DNA from: Longimicrobiales bacterium
GTDB taxonomy: Bacteria > Gemmatimonadota > Gemmatimonadetes > Longimicrobiales > Gaopeijiaceae
Length of the DNA: 64,000 nt
Assembly: GCA_041690395.1 (NCBI GenBank)
Contig: JAWLHJ010000006.1
Coordinates: 305,651 to 369,650 of the forward strand
Reading direction: 5' to 3'
The first letter of the stretch is position 1, and every line of letters begins with the position of its first letter. Below are positions 48,241-59,212 of the stretch, piece after piece. Below the pieces are notes generated by a model that searched no databases, was not told where the DNA came from, and saw only the letters and a list, made by a program, of their open reading frames with translations. The translations under genes and the position numbers were made by a program.

Positions 48241-50988
48241 ATGGTCCATCAGCTCCGCCATCTCCGTCACCCGGCCTCCGCCATCCTGCTTTCGTGCGTC
48301 TTCCTCAACGCGTGCGGCAGCGACGACCCCACCCGGACCGAACCTCGGCACTCGGTCGCGGTCTCGGTTGCCACGACTGGAGAGGACCCGGACCCGGACG
48401 GATACACGATCCGTCTGGGGGCCGACGAGCGCGAGGTGGGCCCGTCGGGCTCGGTCTCCTTCGACAACCTGCCCCCGGGCTCGTACGAGGTGATCCTGGA
48501 TGGGATCGCGGCCAATTGCAGCGCCGAGGACGGACCGAGCGCGACCGTCACCGTGACGGAAACGGGTGGCGGCGCGGTGAGCTTCGGCGTCGTCTGCGCC
48601 TCCATTCTCGAGACCGGCACGTTCGCGGTGGTCCAGTGTCCCGGACTGTCGGTGCCGGTCGGCTCGGCCCGGCCCATGACCCTGCTCGAGATCGGCACGC
48701 TACCGCCGAGCTTCGAGCCCCCGCTCTTCGCCCATGCTCTTTGGGAAGGAGGTGGAACGTCCGAGGTCGCGATGTCGTTCGTCCATCGTTCCGACGACGG
48801 GTCGGTGACGATGGTCGTGCCTTATCACCCGTCGGGCGATCTCGACGGTGGCAACGTGACCCTGCGGGTCGGCGCGGACCTCGATGCGTGCCCGGCCATC
48901 GATTTCGAGATCGATCCCCTGCCGGAGGCTCCGGGTGAACTCACGGCCACGGTCGATCTCATGCAGGAGGTGATCGAGCGGCAGGCCGCCCTCGTGGGCG
49001 TCACGGTGGCCGAGCTCCAGGCTCTCGATGGCTCGGAGACCCTGGCCGCTCCGTTACTCCCGCTCCTGGTCGCGCAGAGCGTCGTCGATCACCCCGCGAA
49101 TCCGAACTCCCTCAGGGCGGTCGCGGAAGGGACCGCACCCGCGCTCGGCGGCACGCCCCCGTCCTTCGTGGACCGGATGCTCGCGGGAATCAGCTTTCGG
49201 GAGTCGCTGGAGGCGGCTCTTGCCGCCATCGATGCGGAAGCGGCCGGTGCTCCGCAGGGGCCCGCCCGCACCGACGCGTTGGACTGCCTGGCACTCACGA
49301 TCGAGACCGCCTCGCTGCTGAACGATTGCATGACCCTGGCCAACTCGGCCGCCTTCCATATGGACGGGGCCTTGGGTCAGGCGATGTCGGACGTCGGTAC
49401 GGTGGTGGGTGCCGCCGGTAACGTGAACCATCCCGGCCTCCAGGTGGGCGCGTTCGTGACCGGGGGACTCATCTGGGCCCTCCAGAAGCTCCAGGAGGGA
49501 ACCGCCAACCTCCTGCCCTCGCATTTCACGGGCATGGGCCTCGAGGCCACGCCGATGTCGTTCCTCGAAGACGACACCGTGTCCGGGGAATGGACGGTCG
49601 ACGTCCGCGCGGCCAGCAGGGGGTGGGAGCTCGATCAGGCCGTCCTGGAGGCACTCGGCCAGATCGGAGGCGGGCTCGGTGCCTACGACGCGTGGCTCAA
49701 TCGATTCATGGACACCCAGTTCGCGGTCGACCTCGCCGGCTTCGTCACGGGTGAAGTGGTGTCCAACGCCGTCGGTGCGAGTGGCGGCGCCGGGCTCATC
49801 GAGATTCCAGTCCAGTCGTTCGGGCCCGTGGACATCTCCGACGAAGAGTGGAGCGACCGGACCTTGGCCCCTGACGCCTCGGTGGCCATGACCTCACACA
49901 ATGGGTACGAGCCGCGCCGGCGAGGCACGTCCACGCTCGTCGTCCGGTCCAAGGACGGGCTCTTCGGGTTTCAACAGATCGACGACAACGTCGAGCTCAC
50001 CGTTCAGACGCTGCAGATCGAGATCGCGCCGGACGAAGTGGTGCTCGCCCCCGGGCAGGAGACCACGCTCACCGTGACCGTCATCGGCTCGGCCTTCCCA
50101 CACATGGTCGAGATCGATCCGACCACGGAAGCGGATCTGCTCGGGTCGGCCACGCTCATCCTCGGGGCGGACAGCGTCCACACGATCCACTACACGGCGC
50201 CCGACGAGCCCTTGAACGAGGTGGATCTACTGGTCGTGCGTCATACGGCGGAGACCGGAGCGCTCGGGCACAGCGGGGAGGAGCGCAAGGAGACGGCCAC
50301 CATCCGCCTCGCGTCGTTCGAGATCGCGACGCCCCCGGAATGCCTCGAGGTGGGGTCCCCTCCGCTCCAGATCGACCTGAACCCACCGCTCGGCGGCGGC
50401 CTCGAGCTCGTCTGGAGCGCATCGGCGGGCGAGATCACGCAGGACGGCCTGTTCACGCCGCCCGACGAGCCGGCTCAGGTGGTGATTCGCGTGGCCCTAG
50501 CCGACGACCCCACCGTGTTCGACGAGCTCACGCTTCCGGTCGGTGGGTGCTCGTGTCAGATCTCGGTCTCCCTGGATGGGAGCGCAGGCTCGCCGACGTC
50601 CGCCCAGTTCACGCTCACGCCGTCGCTGGATGAAGTCATCGTGGTCGGCTGGGGCGGGATGGAAGGCTCCGGCAACATTGGTTTCGGCACCGACCCCTAC
50701 AACCCGGAAAACCTTCCGGTCGGCGCGACGGGCGCGTTCGACGGCCAGGGCTCCGGGAGCGTGGGATTCGTCGGATTCATCAATCCCGACGACCTGGATG
50801 ACCCGACGATCCCTCCCCTCATGGTCTCCGTGACCGAGAACGACGGGAACGTCTTCGAAGGCTCGGTGTCGGGCCAGGTCGCCAGACTGGGCGACGCGGA
50901 AACGATCTTGAGCTTCAACATGACGTTCCGTATCGAGGCGGACCCCACGTGGAGCACCGAGACCGTGAAGATGTGCCGGATCGACTAG
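48241..50988 (+). CDS. Large hypothetical lipoprotein
   Basis: Lipobox-like LNAC; beta-rich, acidic; long uninterrupted ORF; no recognisable catalytic motif. Confidence 0.7.
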   Translation: MVHQLRHLRHPASAILLSCVFLNACGSDDPTRTEPRHSVAVSVATTGEDPDPDGYTIRLGADEREVGPSGSVSFDNLPPGSYEVILDGIAANCSAEDGPSATVTVTETGGGAVSFGVVCASILETGTFAVVQCPGLSVPVGSARPMTLLEIGTLPPSFEPPLFAHALWEGGGTSEVAMSFVHRSDDGSVTMVVPYHPSGDLDGGNVTLRVGADLDACPAIDFEIDPLPEAPGELTATVDLMQEVIERQAALVGVTVAELQALDGSETLAAPLLPLLVAQSVVDHPANPNSLRAVAEGTAPALGGTPPSFVDRMLAGISFRESLEAALAAIDAEAAGAPQGPARTDALDCLALTIETASLLNDCMTLANSAAFHMDGALGQAMSDVGTVVGAAGNVNHPGLQVGAFVTGGLIWALQKLQEGTANLLPSHFTGMGLEATPMSFLEDDTVSGEWTVDVRAASRGWELDQAVLEALGQIGGGLGAYDAWLNRFMDTQFAVDLAGFVTGEVVSNAVGASGGAGLIEIPVQSFGPVDISDEEWSDRTLAPDASVAMTSHNGYEPRRRGTSTLVVRSKDGLFGFQQIDDNVELTVQTLQIEIAPDEVVLAPGQETTLTVTVIGSAFPHMVEIDPTTEADLLGSATLILGADSVHTIHYTAPDEPLNEVDLLVVRHTAETGALGHSGEERKETATIRLASFEIATPPECLEVGSPPLQIDLNPPLGGGLELVWSASAGEITQDGLFTPPDEPAQVVIRVALADDPTVFDELTLPVGGCSCQISVSLDGSAGSPTSAQFTLTPSLDEVIVVGWGGMEGSGNIGFGTDPYNPENLPVGATGAFDGQGSGSVGFVGFINPDDLDDPTIPPLMVSVTENDGNVFEGSVSGQVARLGDAETILSFNMTFRIEADPTWSTETVKMCRID

Positions 50989-50999
50989 CCCTGCCAGAC

Positions 51000-51031
51000 G
51001 AGCAGCCCGTGGCAGGGACCACGGGCTGCTC
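51000..51031. terminator. Strong hairpin between convergent genes
   Basis: GAGCAGCCCGTGG-CAGGGA-CCACGGGCTGCTC, 13-bp perfect stem. Confidence 0.6.
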
Positions 51032-51035
51032 CCCT

Positions 51036-53732
51036 TCACTCCGATCGCAGCGCCGACTGCGGATCGACCGCGCTGGCCCGGCGGGCCGGCAGCCAACACG
51101 CGAACGCGGCGACTCCGACCAGCACGCATGTGACCGCCGCGTAGGTCAGCGGATCGCGGGCCGACACGTCGTAGAGGAGGCTCGACAGGACCCGCCCCGT
51201 CAGCAGCGCTCCCGACAGGCCGACCACGACCGCCACGGCCACGAGTCCCATCCCCTGGCGAACGACCAGACCGACAATGCCGCCGCGCTCGGCACCCAGC
51301 GCGAGCCGGATCCCGATCTCCCTGGTGCGTTGCTGCACCTGGTAGGAAAGCACGCCGTAGATCCCGATGGCCGCCAGGGCCAGCGCGACCCCCGCGAAGA
51401 CCAGCTGCAGGAAGAGGTTGAACCGCTCCGCGGCCATCGAGCTCCGCACCGTCTCCCGCACCGTGGTTTCGCCGTATACCGGCAGGTCCGGATCGAGCGC
51501 CCTCACCTCGGTGCGGACGGCTCCCACGAGCGTCTCCGGCTCCAGCTCCGTCCTGGCGAGAACGCTCATGCCGCGTACCGGAAACCAGGTCCGTGGCGTC
51601 TGCTCGTGCAGGAGATACAGGTGTGCCCGCGGCTCGGTCTGGAGCTGTTCCTGCCGGACCGACCCGACGACGCCCACGACGCGGGCGTACTCCGGAGCGC
51701 CAAACTGACGCACCATCGCGCCGAGAGCCGCTGACGGCTCGCCGAAGAACCGGCGGGCGAACGGCTCGTCAACCACAGCGACGACCTCCGAGGTCTCATC
51801 GTCGGTGTCGTCGAACGCGCGACCGACCAGGAGAGGGATACCCATGGTCTCGAAGTAGCCGGTCGACACGACCTGGATGTCGGAATTCAACGGGGGGTCG
51901 TCGGGGTTCGACGGTCGCCCCTCGAACTCGATGTCGTTGGGAGGGAGGCTGCCCGTCAGGGGCGGCGTGCGCACGAGGCCCGCTGACGCCACGCCCGGTA
52001 TCCCCTCGACTCGCGACAGCAGGTCGGAGTAGAAACGGGTGACGTCGCTCGGTTCCGGATAACTGTTCGTCGGTATGCTCAGCGAGGCCGAGAGGACCGC
52101 GTCAGCACTGAACCCCGGATCGATCCGCGTCAGATTGCCGAAGCTCCGCAGGAGCAGCCCGCCCCCGATCAGGAGCATGACGGCCAGCGCCGTTTGCCCG
52201 ACGACGAGCACCCCGCGGAGCCGGAAGCGCTCCTTGCCGGCCGTGCCCCCCCGTCCGCCGCCGCTGTGGAGGGCGGCGCGAAGGTCAGTTCGGAGCGCCC
52301 GGAACGCCGGAGCCAGGCCGAACAGTAGGCCACTCAGGAGGGTGGCTCCCGCCGTGAATGCGAGCACGGTCCCGTCGAGCCCGACCCCGTCCAGCCGGGG
52401 GATATCCGCCGGCGCGAGCGCGATGAGCGAAGTCAGGCCGAAGCGTGCGACGACCAGTCCCGCGGCTCCCCCGAGCAGCGCGAGAACGAGGCTCTCCGTC
52501 ACGAGCTGCCGCACGATCCGGCCCCGTCCCGCTCCCATCGCGGAGCGCACGGAGATCTCCCGCGCGCGGCCCTCGGCTCGCACCAGCAGGAGATTCGCCA
52601 CGTTCGCGCAGGCGATGAGGAGCACCAGCCCGACCGCGCCGAGCAGAACGAGCAGGGAGGTCCGGACGTCACCCACGACATCGGCTTGGAGCGGCCTCAG
52701 GAAGGCGGGATGCGCCGTCGTATTCCAGCTGTGACCCAGAGTATGGTCGGCCCCCCACCCCTCGACGAGACGTTCCAGCTCGAGCGTGGCCGCCTCCAGC
52801 GTCACACCCGGCGCGAGCCGCCCCAGGATCCGCGCGAAGTGGCTCGAACGACTGGGCGGATCGGCCGTATCGATACCCGCCGGGATCCACGCGTCGGTAT
52901 CCGAATCGGGGAAGGCGAACGACTCGGGCATCACCCCCAGCACCGTGACGGACCTGCCGTCCAGCTCGATCGTGCTTCCCACGACCGTCGGGTCCCCGGC
53001 GAAGCGGCGTGTCCAGAGCCCGTGGCTGAGGAGGACGACATCGTCCTGGCCGGCCACGTCCTCCTCGGCACCGAACGCGCGCCCCACCGCCGGCTCGACA
53101 CCGAGGACCGAGAACATCGTCCATGAGAAGTACACGACGTCGAGCCGCTCCGGGCTCTCTCCGCCCGTCAGCGTGCGCTGCGTGCGCCCCCAGATCCCGA
53201 GCTCCTCGAACGAGCTCGTGGCGTTCCGGTAGTCCTCGAACTCGGCCCAGGACGAGGGAAACTCCATGAGCTCCATGGTCGGGAACTGGGACCAGACCAC
53301 CGTGAGCCGATCCGGCTCCGGGTAGGGGAGCGGCCTGAGCACGACGCCGTTCACCACGCTGAAGACCGCGGTGTTGGCCCCGATCCCGAGCGCGAGCGTG
53401 AGCACGAGCACCGCCGTGAAGCCCGGCCTGCGCGCGATCTGCCTCAGCGCGTAGCGGGTATCCTGCATCCATCCGTCCATCATCATCCACCCCCTCCCGT
53501 CGTCACCGTTTCTGCCCCCACTCCCGGCCCGCGCCCTCGCGGTCCAGGCCGCCTCCACCACGTCGACCGTGGCTCTCGTCCAGACGCCGAGGCGAGCACC
53601 GGAACCCCTCGCGTCTCGGAGGATCTCCACGAAGATCCGCTCCATGCTCGGCCCGTGACGTTCCCGGAACCGGCTGGGCAGGAGCCGGAGGAGCGCGCGG
53701 TACGCTAGCGGCGCCCGATCGCCCGGGCTCAC
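51036..53732 (-). CDS. ADOP family duplicated ABC-type permease (MacB/FtsX-like)
   Basis: QDTRYALR…TLALGIGANTAVFSVVNGVVLRPLPY, LLIACANVANL, REIGIRLALGA, PARRAS.VDP..ALRSE; GTGA overlap with padR. Confidence 0.92.
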   Translation of the reverse strand: MSPGDRAPLAYRALLRLLPSRFRERHGPSMERIFVEILRDARGSGARLGVWTRATVDVVEAAWTARARAGSGGRNGDDGRGWMMMDGWMQDTRYALRQIARRPGFTAVLVLTLALGIGANTAVFSVVNGVVLRPLPYPEPDRLTVVWSQFPTMELMEFPSSWAEFEDYRNATSSFEELGIWGRTQRTLTGGESPERLDVVYFSWTMFSVLGVEPAVGRAFGAEEDVAGQDDVVLLSHGLWTRRFAGDPTVVGSTIELDGRSVTVLGVMPESFAFPDSDTDAWIPAGIDTADPPSRSSHFARILGRLAPGVTLEAATLELERLVEGWGADHTLGHSWNTTAHPAFLRPLQADVVGDVRTSLLVLLGAVGLVLLIACANVANLLLVRAEGRAREISVRSAMGAGRGRIVRQLVTESLVLALLGGAAGLVVARFGLTSLIALAPADIPRLDGVGLDGTVLAFTAGATLLSGLLFGLAPAFRALRTDLRAALHSGGGRGGTAGKERFRLRGVLVVGQTALAVMLLIGGGLLLRSFGNLTRIDPGFSADAVLSASLSIPTNSYPEPSDVTRFYSDLLSRVEGIPGVASAGLVRTPPLTGSLPPNDIEFEGRPSNPDDPPLNSDIQVVSTGYFETMGIPLLVGRAFDDTDDETSEVVAVVDEPFARRFFGEPSAALGAMVRQFGAPEYARVVGVVGSVRQEQLQTEPRAHLYLLHEQTPRTWFPVRGMSVLARTELEPETLVGAVRTEVRALDPDLPVYGETTVRETVRSSMAAERFNLFLQLVFAGVALALAAIGIYGVLSYQVQQRTREIGIRLALGAERGGIVGLVVRQGMGLVAVAVVVGLSGALLTGRVLSSLLYDVSARDPLTYAAVTCVLVGVAAFACWLPARRASAVDPQSALRSE

Positions 53733-54049
53733 CCCTCGTGCGCCTCCCGGAGGGCCATGCGGGCCATCGCCACCACGTCCTCCAGGCGGGCGGTCTCCCG
53801 CTCCAGAGCCAGCCGGCCCTCCGGCTGGAGCGCGTAGAAGCGCCACCGCGCCCGGTCGCCGTCGGCGTCCTCGGAATCGGTCTCCGCGATCCACCCGGCA
53901 TCCCGCAGCTCCTCGAGGGTGCCGTACAGGGTCGCCGGATACAGCGTGACCGCGCCGCCGCTCTGCTCCTCTGCCCGGCGGCGGATCTCGGCTCCGTGGA
54001 GCGGGCCGTCAGCGAGGGCGAGCAGAATATGGTAGCGCAGGGCCTTCAC
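53729..54049 (-). CDS. PadR family transcriptional regulator
   Basis: ILLALADGPLHG, TLYGTL..L…GWI, RFYALQPEGR; the usual partner upstream of ADOP genes. Confidence 0.9.
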   Translation of the reverse strand: MKALRYHILLALADGPLHGAEIRRRAEEQSGGAVTLYPATLYGTLEELRDAGWIAETDSEDADGDRARWRFYALQPEGRLALERETARLEDVVAMARMALREAHEG

Positions 54050-54070
54050 GGAGCCTCCGGATCCCGGTCG

Positions 54071-54110
54071 GACATCATGAGTACGACATCATACTATGGA
54101 ATCATACTGT
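54071..54110. promoter_or_regulatory. AT-rich direct repeats in the divergent padR/antiporter promoter
   Basis: GACATCAT at 54071 and 54085; ATCATACT at 54088 and 54101 (TATGAT -10-like hexamers on the minus strand). Confidence 0.5.
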
Positions 54111-54247
54111 GCTTGTCCATGGCGCGGAGGCTGTGGCGTGGAGGTCCGGCGGATGGACAACCGAGAGGTATCTGCGCTCGGGGACTCGCACGCATAAGCT
54201 TCAGCTTCATCCGCGCAGCACTCTTCCCGCCCCGAAGGAGACCGATT

Positions 54248-55315
<1,068 letters not shown>

Positions 55316-55330
55316 TGGCCCGGTGAAGCC

Positions 55331-55780
55331 CTACTCGATAGCCATGGACTCCGCCACGAGGACGAGTCGCTCGATCGCCACCGTGCTCCCCATGCCGTCG
55401 AGCACCGGTCCCTCGAGCGCGGTCGGCCAGGCGTTCACGAGCTTCCAAACCTGCACGACCTCTTCCCGGTCTTCGGTGAGGAGTTGGACGGTCACGGTCC
55501 GTCGATCCGGGGCGCCGTTCAGGGAGGTCGTGAGCCACTCGTACAGGGTCGTATCGCCGATGAGGCCCCGCGTGAGCGTGACCGTGACCGGCTTCGCACG
55601 TCCAGGGACGAGCCGGGGCGCGTTGGACTTGTCGTTCCCCGCCCGGTACTCAAGCACCTCCACCGACAGGTCGAGGCCCTGGACTCCGCTGAAGCCCGCC
55701 TGCACCGAGGACGGGTCCGGCCCGCCGAAGGAGACCAGGAAGTTGAAGGATCCGTAGGGTGTTTCGCGAAGGACGGCCAT
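55331..55780 (-). CDS. T4 gp19-like tail tube protein (eCIS Afp1/Pvc1-type)
   Basis: PYGSFNFLV, AGFSGVQGL, EYRAG, VTLTRG, LYEW, RRTVTVQL, WKLVNAWP, VAIE match the gp19 tube pattern. Confidence 0.88.
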   Translation of the reverse strand: MAVLRETPYGSFNFLVSFGGPDPSSVQAGFSGVQGLDLSVEVLEYRAGNDKSNAPRLVPGRAKPVTVTLTRGLIGDTTLYEWLTTSLNGAPDRRTVTVQLLTEDREEVVQVWKLVNAWPTALEGPVLDGMGSTVAIERLVLVAESMAIE

Positions 55781-55781
55781 G

Positions 55782-56306
55782 TCAGGCTCCGTGCCAGGTG
55801 AGATCGTGGAAGACGAGCTCGAGCTCTTCGAGCGCGACGCCGCCGTGGAGCGCATCGTAACGCGGCCCGGCCCAACGGACGGGCCACGCGCTCGTGAGGT
55901 GCCACGTGTGCAGCACCTCGCCGCCGGCCCGCTCGAGGTGCCGGATGGCGACCGTGCGGACCGCAGGCTCCCCCCTCATCGCCTCCTTCCGCCACGCATA
56001 GAGCGTCCGATCCCCATCGAGCGCGCGGGTCAGCAGCAGGGTACCGTGCTCGGCCGGAGCGCTCCACAGCACCCGCTTGGGATCCTTCGGATGCTCCGGA
56101 TCCTGTTTCGACTCGAGCTCCTCGACCCGGGACGCCAACTCGAGCCCGGACACGCGGGCACACGACAGGGGCCGGCCGTCGATCTCCACGACGAAGTTCG
56201 CGGCCACCGACAGATCGACGCCTGGGCCGGGGCGGTCTGCACGAGGCTCGAGGTGGACGTTCGGACGGCCGGGGTGGCCCCGACGAGGTCCGTTGGGCGG
56301 CGTCAT
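55782..56306 (-). CDS. Divergent T4 gp19-like tail tube protein (Afp5-like)
   Basis: NFVVEIDG, VSGLE, LLLTRA, LYAW, RTVAI, WHLTSAWPVRWAGP, VALEELELV. Confidence 0.78.
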   Translation of the reverse strand: MTPPNGPRRGHPGRPNVHLEPRADRPGPGVDLSVAANFVVEIDGRPLSCARVSGLELASRVEELESKQDPEHPKDPKRVLWSAPAEHGTLLLTRALDGDRTLYAWRKEAMRGEPAVRTVAIRHLERAGGEVLHTWHLTSAWPVRWAGPRYDALHGGVALEELELVFHDLTWHGA

Positions 56307-56479
56307 TCGGTTCCCTTGGGTGAAGTAGGGTACTGATCGACCTACGCTACGACGATACCCGGGCGGCGCAACCGGGTGGGGGGCCGGACCCGCCGCGCTG
56401 GAGCTGCGGCCGTTCTTTGCGGCGCCGGAGGGAGCTGGTTATCTAGGAGGATACCGTTCTTCTGAAGCGGGAGGTGGTC

Positions 56480-57904
56480 GTGGGTCGAATGGTTCTCGTA
56501 GCGCTCTTCGTGCTCACCGCTTGCCTGCGTGCTCCGGCCGTCGAATCCGACCTGGCCGTCGTCGGCGTCACGCTCATCGACCTGGAGACCGGAGAGGTGC
56601 TCCCGGACCGGACGATCTTGGTCAATGACGGCCGCATCGTCGCTGTGGGGCCCCGTGCAGAGTTGGCGGCCGCCGATGGTGCCGAGGTCGTCGATGCCGA
56701 CGGCCTGTACGTCATCCCCGGCCTTTGGGACACCCACGTCCATTCCGCGGCCAACACCGACTGGCACTTCCCCCTCCTCGTCGCGCACGGCGTCACGTCG
56801 GTTCGCAATCTCCACGCGACCGTCGACACATCGCTCGCATTGACGCAGGCGGTGAAGCGACGGCTCGGTTCCGGCGAGCTGCTGGGCCCACGTTTGCTGG
56901 CGAACGGAGGCGTCGTGGATGGCTCACCCCCGGTCTGGCCGGGCTCGGTCGTCGCCGAGACCCCTGAAGAGGGTCGTGCCGCGGTCGATTCCCTCGTCGA
57001 TGGGGGGGCGGACTTCATCAAGGTCTATGACCGCCTCCGGACGGACGTGTACGACGCGGTGGCCCGGCGGGCGTCGGAGCGCGGCATCCCCCTGGACGGC
57101 CACGTACCCTTCGACGTCCCGCCCACGCGAGTCGCCGAAGCAGGCCAACGCACCATTGAGCACGCCTCGGGGATCGGCATGGGGTGCGCCACGAACGCCG
57201 ATTCACTGCGCGCCGCCCATCATGCCTATGTCGAGCGAGTGGGGACGATGTCCTGGCCGGAGAACGAGGTCGGATTCTTCCGGCTGGCCCGCTCGGCCCT
57301 GGAAGCACGGGACGAGGAGCTGTGCAGGGCCACCATCGATGCCTACGTCGAGCACGGCGTCGCCGTCACGCCCACCCTCGTGGCGTTCATGGGTCCGGAG
57401 CTTCTGCTGGCCGATACCGCACGGCTATCCATGATCCCGGCCGACTTTCGGGAGAGTTGGAGCGCCATGGCCGCCCAGGGGCCGCACCCGGTCTACGCCC
57501 TGATGACGCCCGTCCGGGGGGTCGCCATGGAGAACCGGCGAATGCTCTACGAGGCTGGCGTGCCCTTCCTCGCAGGAACGGACCTCGGCAATCCCTTCCT
57601 CGTCCCGGGCGTCAGCCTCCATGATGAGCTCGAGGCCCTCGTCCGCGACGTGGGCATGAGCCCTCTGGACGCGCTCCGGGCCGCGACCCTCGAGCCAGCG
57701 CGCGTTTTCGGCCTGGCGGACTCGCTGGGGACGGTGGAGCCCGGAATGCTGGCCGACCTGGTGCTGCTCCGCGCGAATCCCCTCACGGATATCCGGCACT
57801 CCCGTGAGATCGCCGGAGTGGTGATGGGTGGCCGCTACTTCGCCGAGCGCGGTCTGGACAGTCTCATCGCGTCGGCGGCTGCCTCCTCGTCAAGGTCTCG
57901 ATGA
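56480..57904 (+). CDS. Amidohydrolase family lipoprotein
   Basis: Lipobox LTAC; PGLWDTHVH, FIKVYD, GHVP, AGTD, ADLVLL. Start approximate. Confidence 0.88.
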   Translation: MGRMVLVALFVLTACLRAPAVESDLAVVGVTLIDLETGEVLPDRTILVNDGRIVAVGPRAELAAADGAEVVDADGLYVIPGLWDTHVHSAANTDWHFPLLVAHGVTSVRNLHATVDTSLALTQAVKRRLGSGELLGPRLLANGGVVDGSPPVWPGSVVAETPEEGRAAVDSLVDGGADFIKVYDRLRTDVYDAVARRASERGIPLDGHVPFDVPPTRVAEAGQRTIEHASGIGMGCATNADSLRAAHHAYVERVGTMSWPENEVGFFRLARSALEARDEELCRATIDAYVEHGVAVTPTLVAFMGPELLLADTARLSMIPADFRESWSAMAAQGPHPVYALMTPVRGVAMENRRMLYEAGVPFLAGTDLGNPFLVPGVSLHDELEALVRDVGMSPLDALRAATLEPARVFGLADSLGTVEPGMLADLVLLRANPLTDIRHSREIAGVVMGGRYFAERGLDSLIASAAASSSRSR

Positions 57905-57945
57905 CCATCCGATGATCGAGGGACGAGGGGCCAGCCGAGAATGGC

Positions 57946-59205
57946 TCAGCTGGCCGAAGACGCCTCCAGGGCCCGATCGATTTCGTCGCGGACCGACGAG
58001 TGCGCTTCCTCCGGCCGCCTTTCGAGCAGTGATCGGAGCGCGTCTTCTGAGCCGACGCGGCCCAGGGCCCACGCGGCGTGCGCTCTGACCAGCGGATGCG
58101 GATCCTTCAGACCCTGCGACAACACGGGGACGGCGGACGGATCGCCCCAGTTGCCGAGGGCGACGGCCACGTTCCGGGCGAATCCCTCGCGCCCCGGCCG
58201 GCGGATCGGAGAACCACGCGAGAATGCCTCCCACGACGACTCGTCGAGCGCGGTTCGAAGCAAGTCCACGAGCGCCGGCGAGCGCGTCCCCGGATGCGTG
58301 GCGGCCGATGCGTCCTCCTCCGGCAGCGGCTCCACCCCCACGGGCAACGCCCCCACCCCACGCGCCGCATAACGCGGCTCGGGCTGGACCCGCTCCGGCA
58401 TACGACCGTTCCAGGGACACACCTCCTGACAGATGTCGCACCCGAACACACGGTTCCCGATGGCGGGCCGGAGCTCGCGCGGGATGGGTCCTCGAAGCTC
58501 GATGGTCAGGTAGGAGATGCACCGGGTCGCGTCGATGACCGGCGCGCCCGCATCGTCCCGGCCCAGCAGGGCGCCCGTCGGACACGCATCGAGACACGCC
58601 CGGCACGTCCCGCACCGGTCGGCTTCGAAGGGTTCGTCCGGCGGCAGCTCGACCTCGAGCAGAAGGGCGCCAAGCAGGAAATACGACCCCCGCTCCGGGT
58701 CGATGAGCATGGTGTTGCGGCCGAACCAGCCGATCCCGGCCCGGCGCGCCAGGTCGCGCTCCAGCACCGGCCCGGTGTCCACGTAGACGCGGCCTGGGCG
58801 ATCTTCCAGCAACAGCCGCTCCGACAGCCATAGCCGTAGCCGCTCCAGCTTCCGCGCGAGGACCCGGTGGTAGTCGGCGCCCCGGGCGTACCGCGCCACG
58901 ACCCCGAGGGAGGGGTCGTTCGGCACGCCCGGCGCGTCTTCAGACCCGTATGCGTCGGCCACCACCAGCACCGAGCGAACCTCGGGCAGACTCTCCCGGA
59001 GATCCTCTCGCCTCCGGACGGCGTCGGGGCGGGCCAGGTACGTCATCTCGCCGTGGTACCCGCGATCCACCCACCGCCGGTAGAACGGGCCATGCTCGGT
59101 GGGATGGGGGTCGGTGATCCCCACCGCGGTGAAGCCCTGGGCCAGTGCCTCCCGCTTCAGCGCCTCGGCGAGCGCGGCTGGATCGTGGTGGACGGCAGGG
59201 TCCAT
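57946..59205 (-). CDS. queG: tRNA epoxyqueuosine(34) reductase
   Basis: ARYARGADYH, VDTGPVLER, CGTCRACLDACPT, CISYLTIE, FGCDICQEVCPWN; HEAT-like C-terminus. Confidence 0.95.
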   Translation of the reverse strand: MDPAVHHDPAALAEALKREALAQGFTAVGITDPHPTEHGPFYRRWVDRGYHGEMTYLARPDAVRRREDLRESLPEVRSVLVVADAYGSEDAPGVPNDPSLGVVARYARGADYHRVLARKLERLRLWLSERLLLEDRPGRVYVDTGPVLERDLARRAGIGWFGRNTMLIDPERGSYFLLGALLLEVELPPDEPFEADRCGTCRACLDACPTGALLGRDDAGAPVIDATRCISYLTIELRGPIPRELRPAIGNRVFGCDICQEVCPWNGRMPERVQPEPRYAARGVGALPVGVEPLPEEDASAATHPGTRSPALVDLLRTALDESSWEAFSRGSPIRRPGREGFARNVAVALGNWGDPSAVPVLSQGLKDPHPLVRAHAAWALGRVGSEDALRSLLERRPEEAHSSVRDEIDRALEASSAS

Positions 59206-59212
59206 GACGAGC

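Noticed and set aside
55331..56306. Prophage
   Set aside because: Only two tube-like genes; no capsid, terminase, integrase or lysis genes, and the flanks are ordinary cellular genes.
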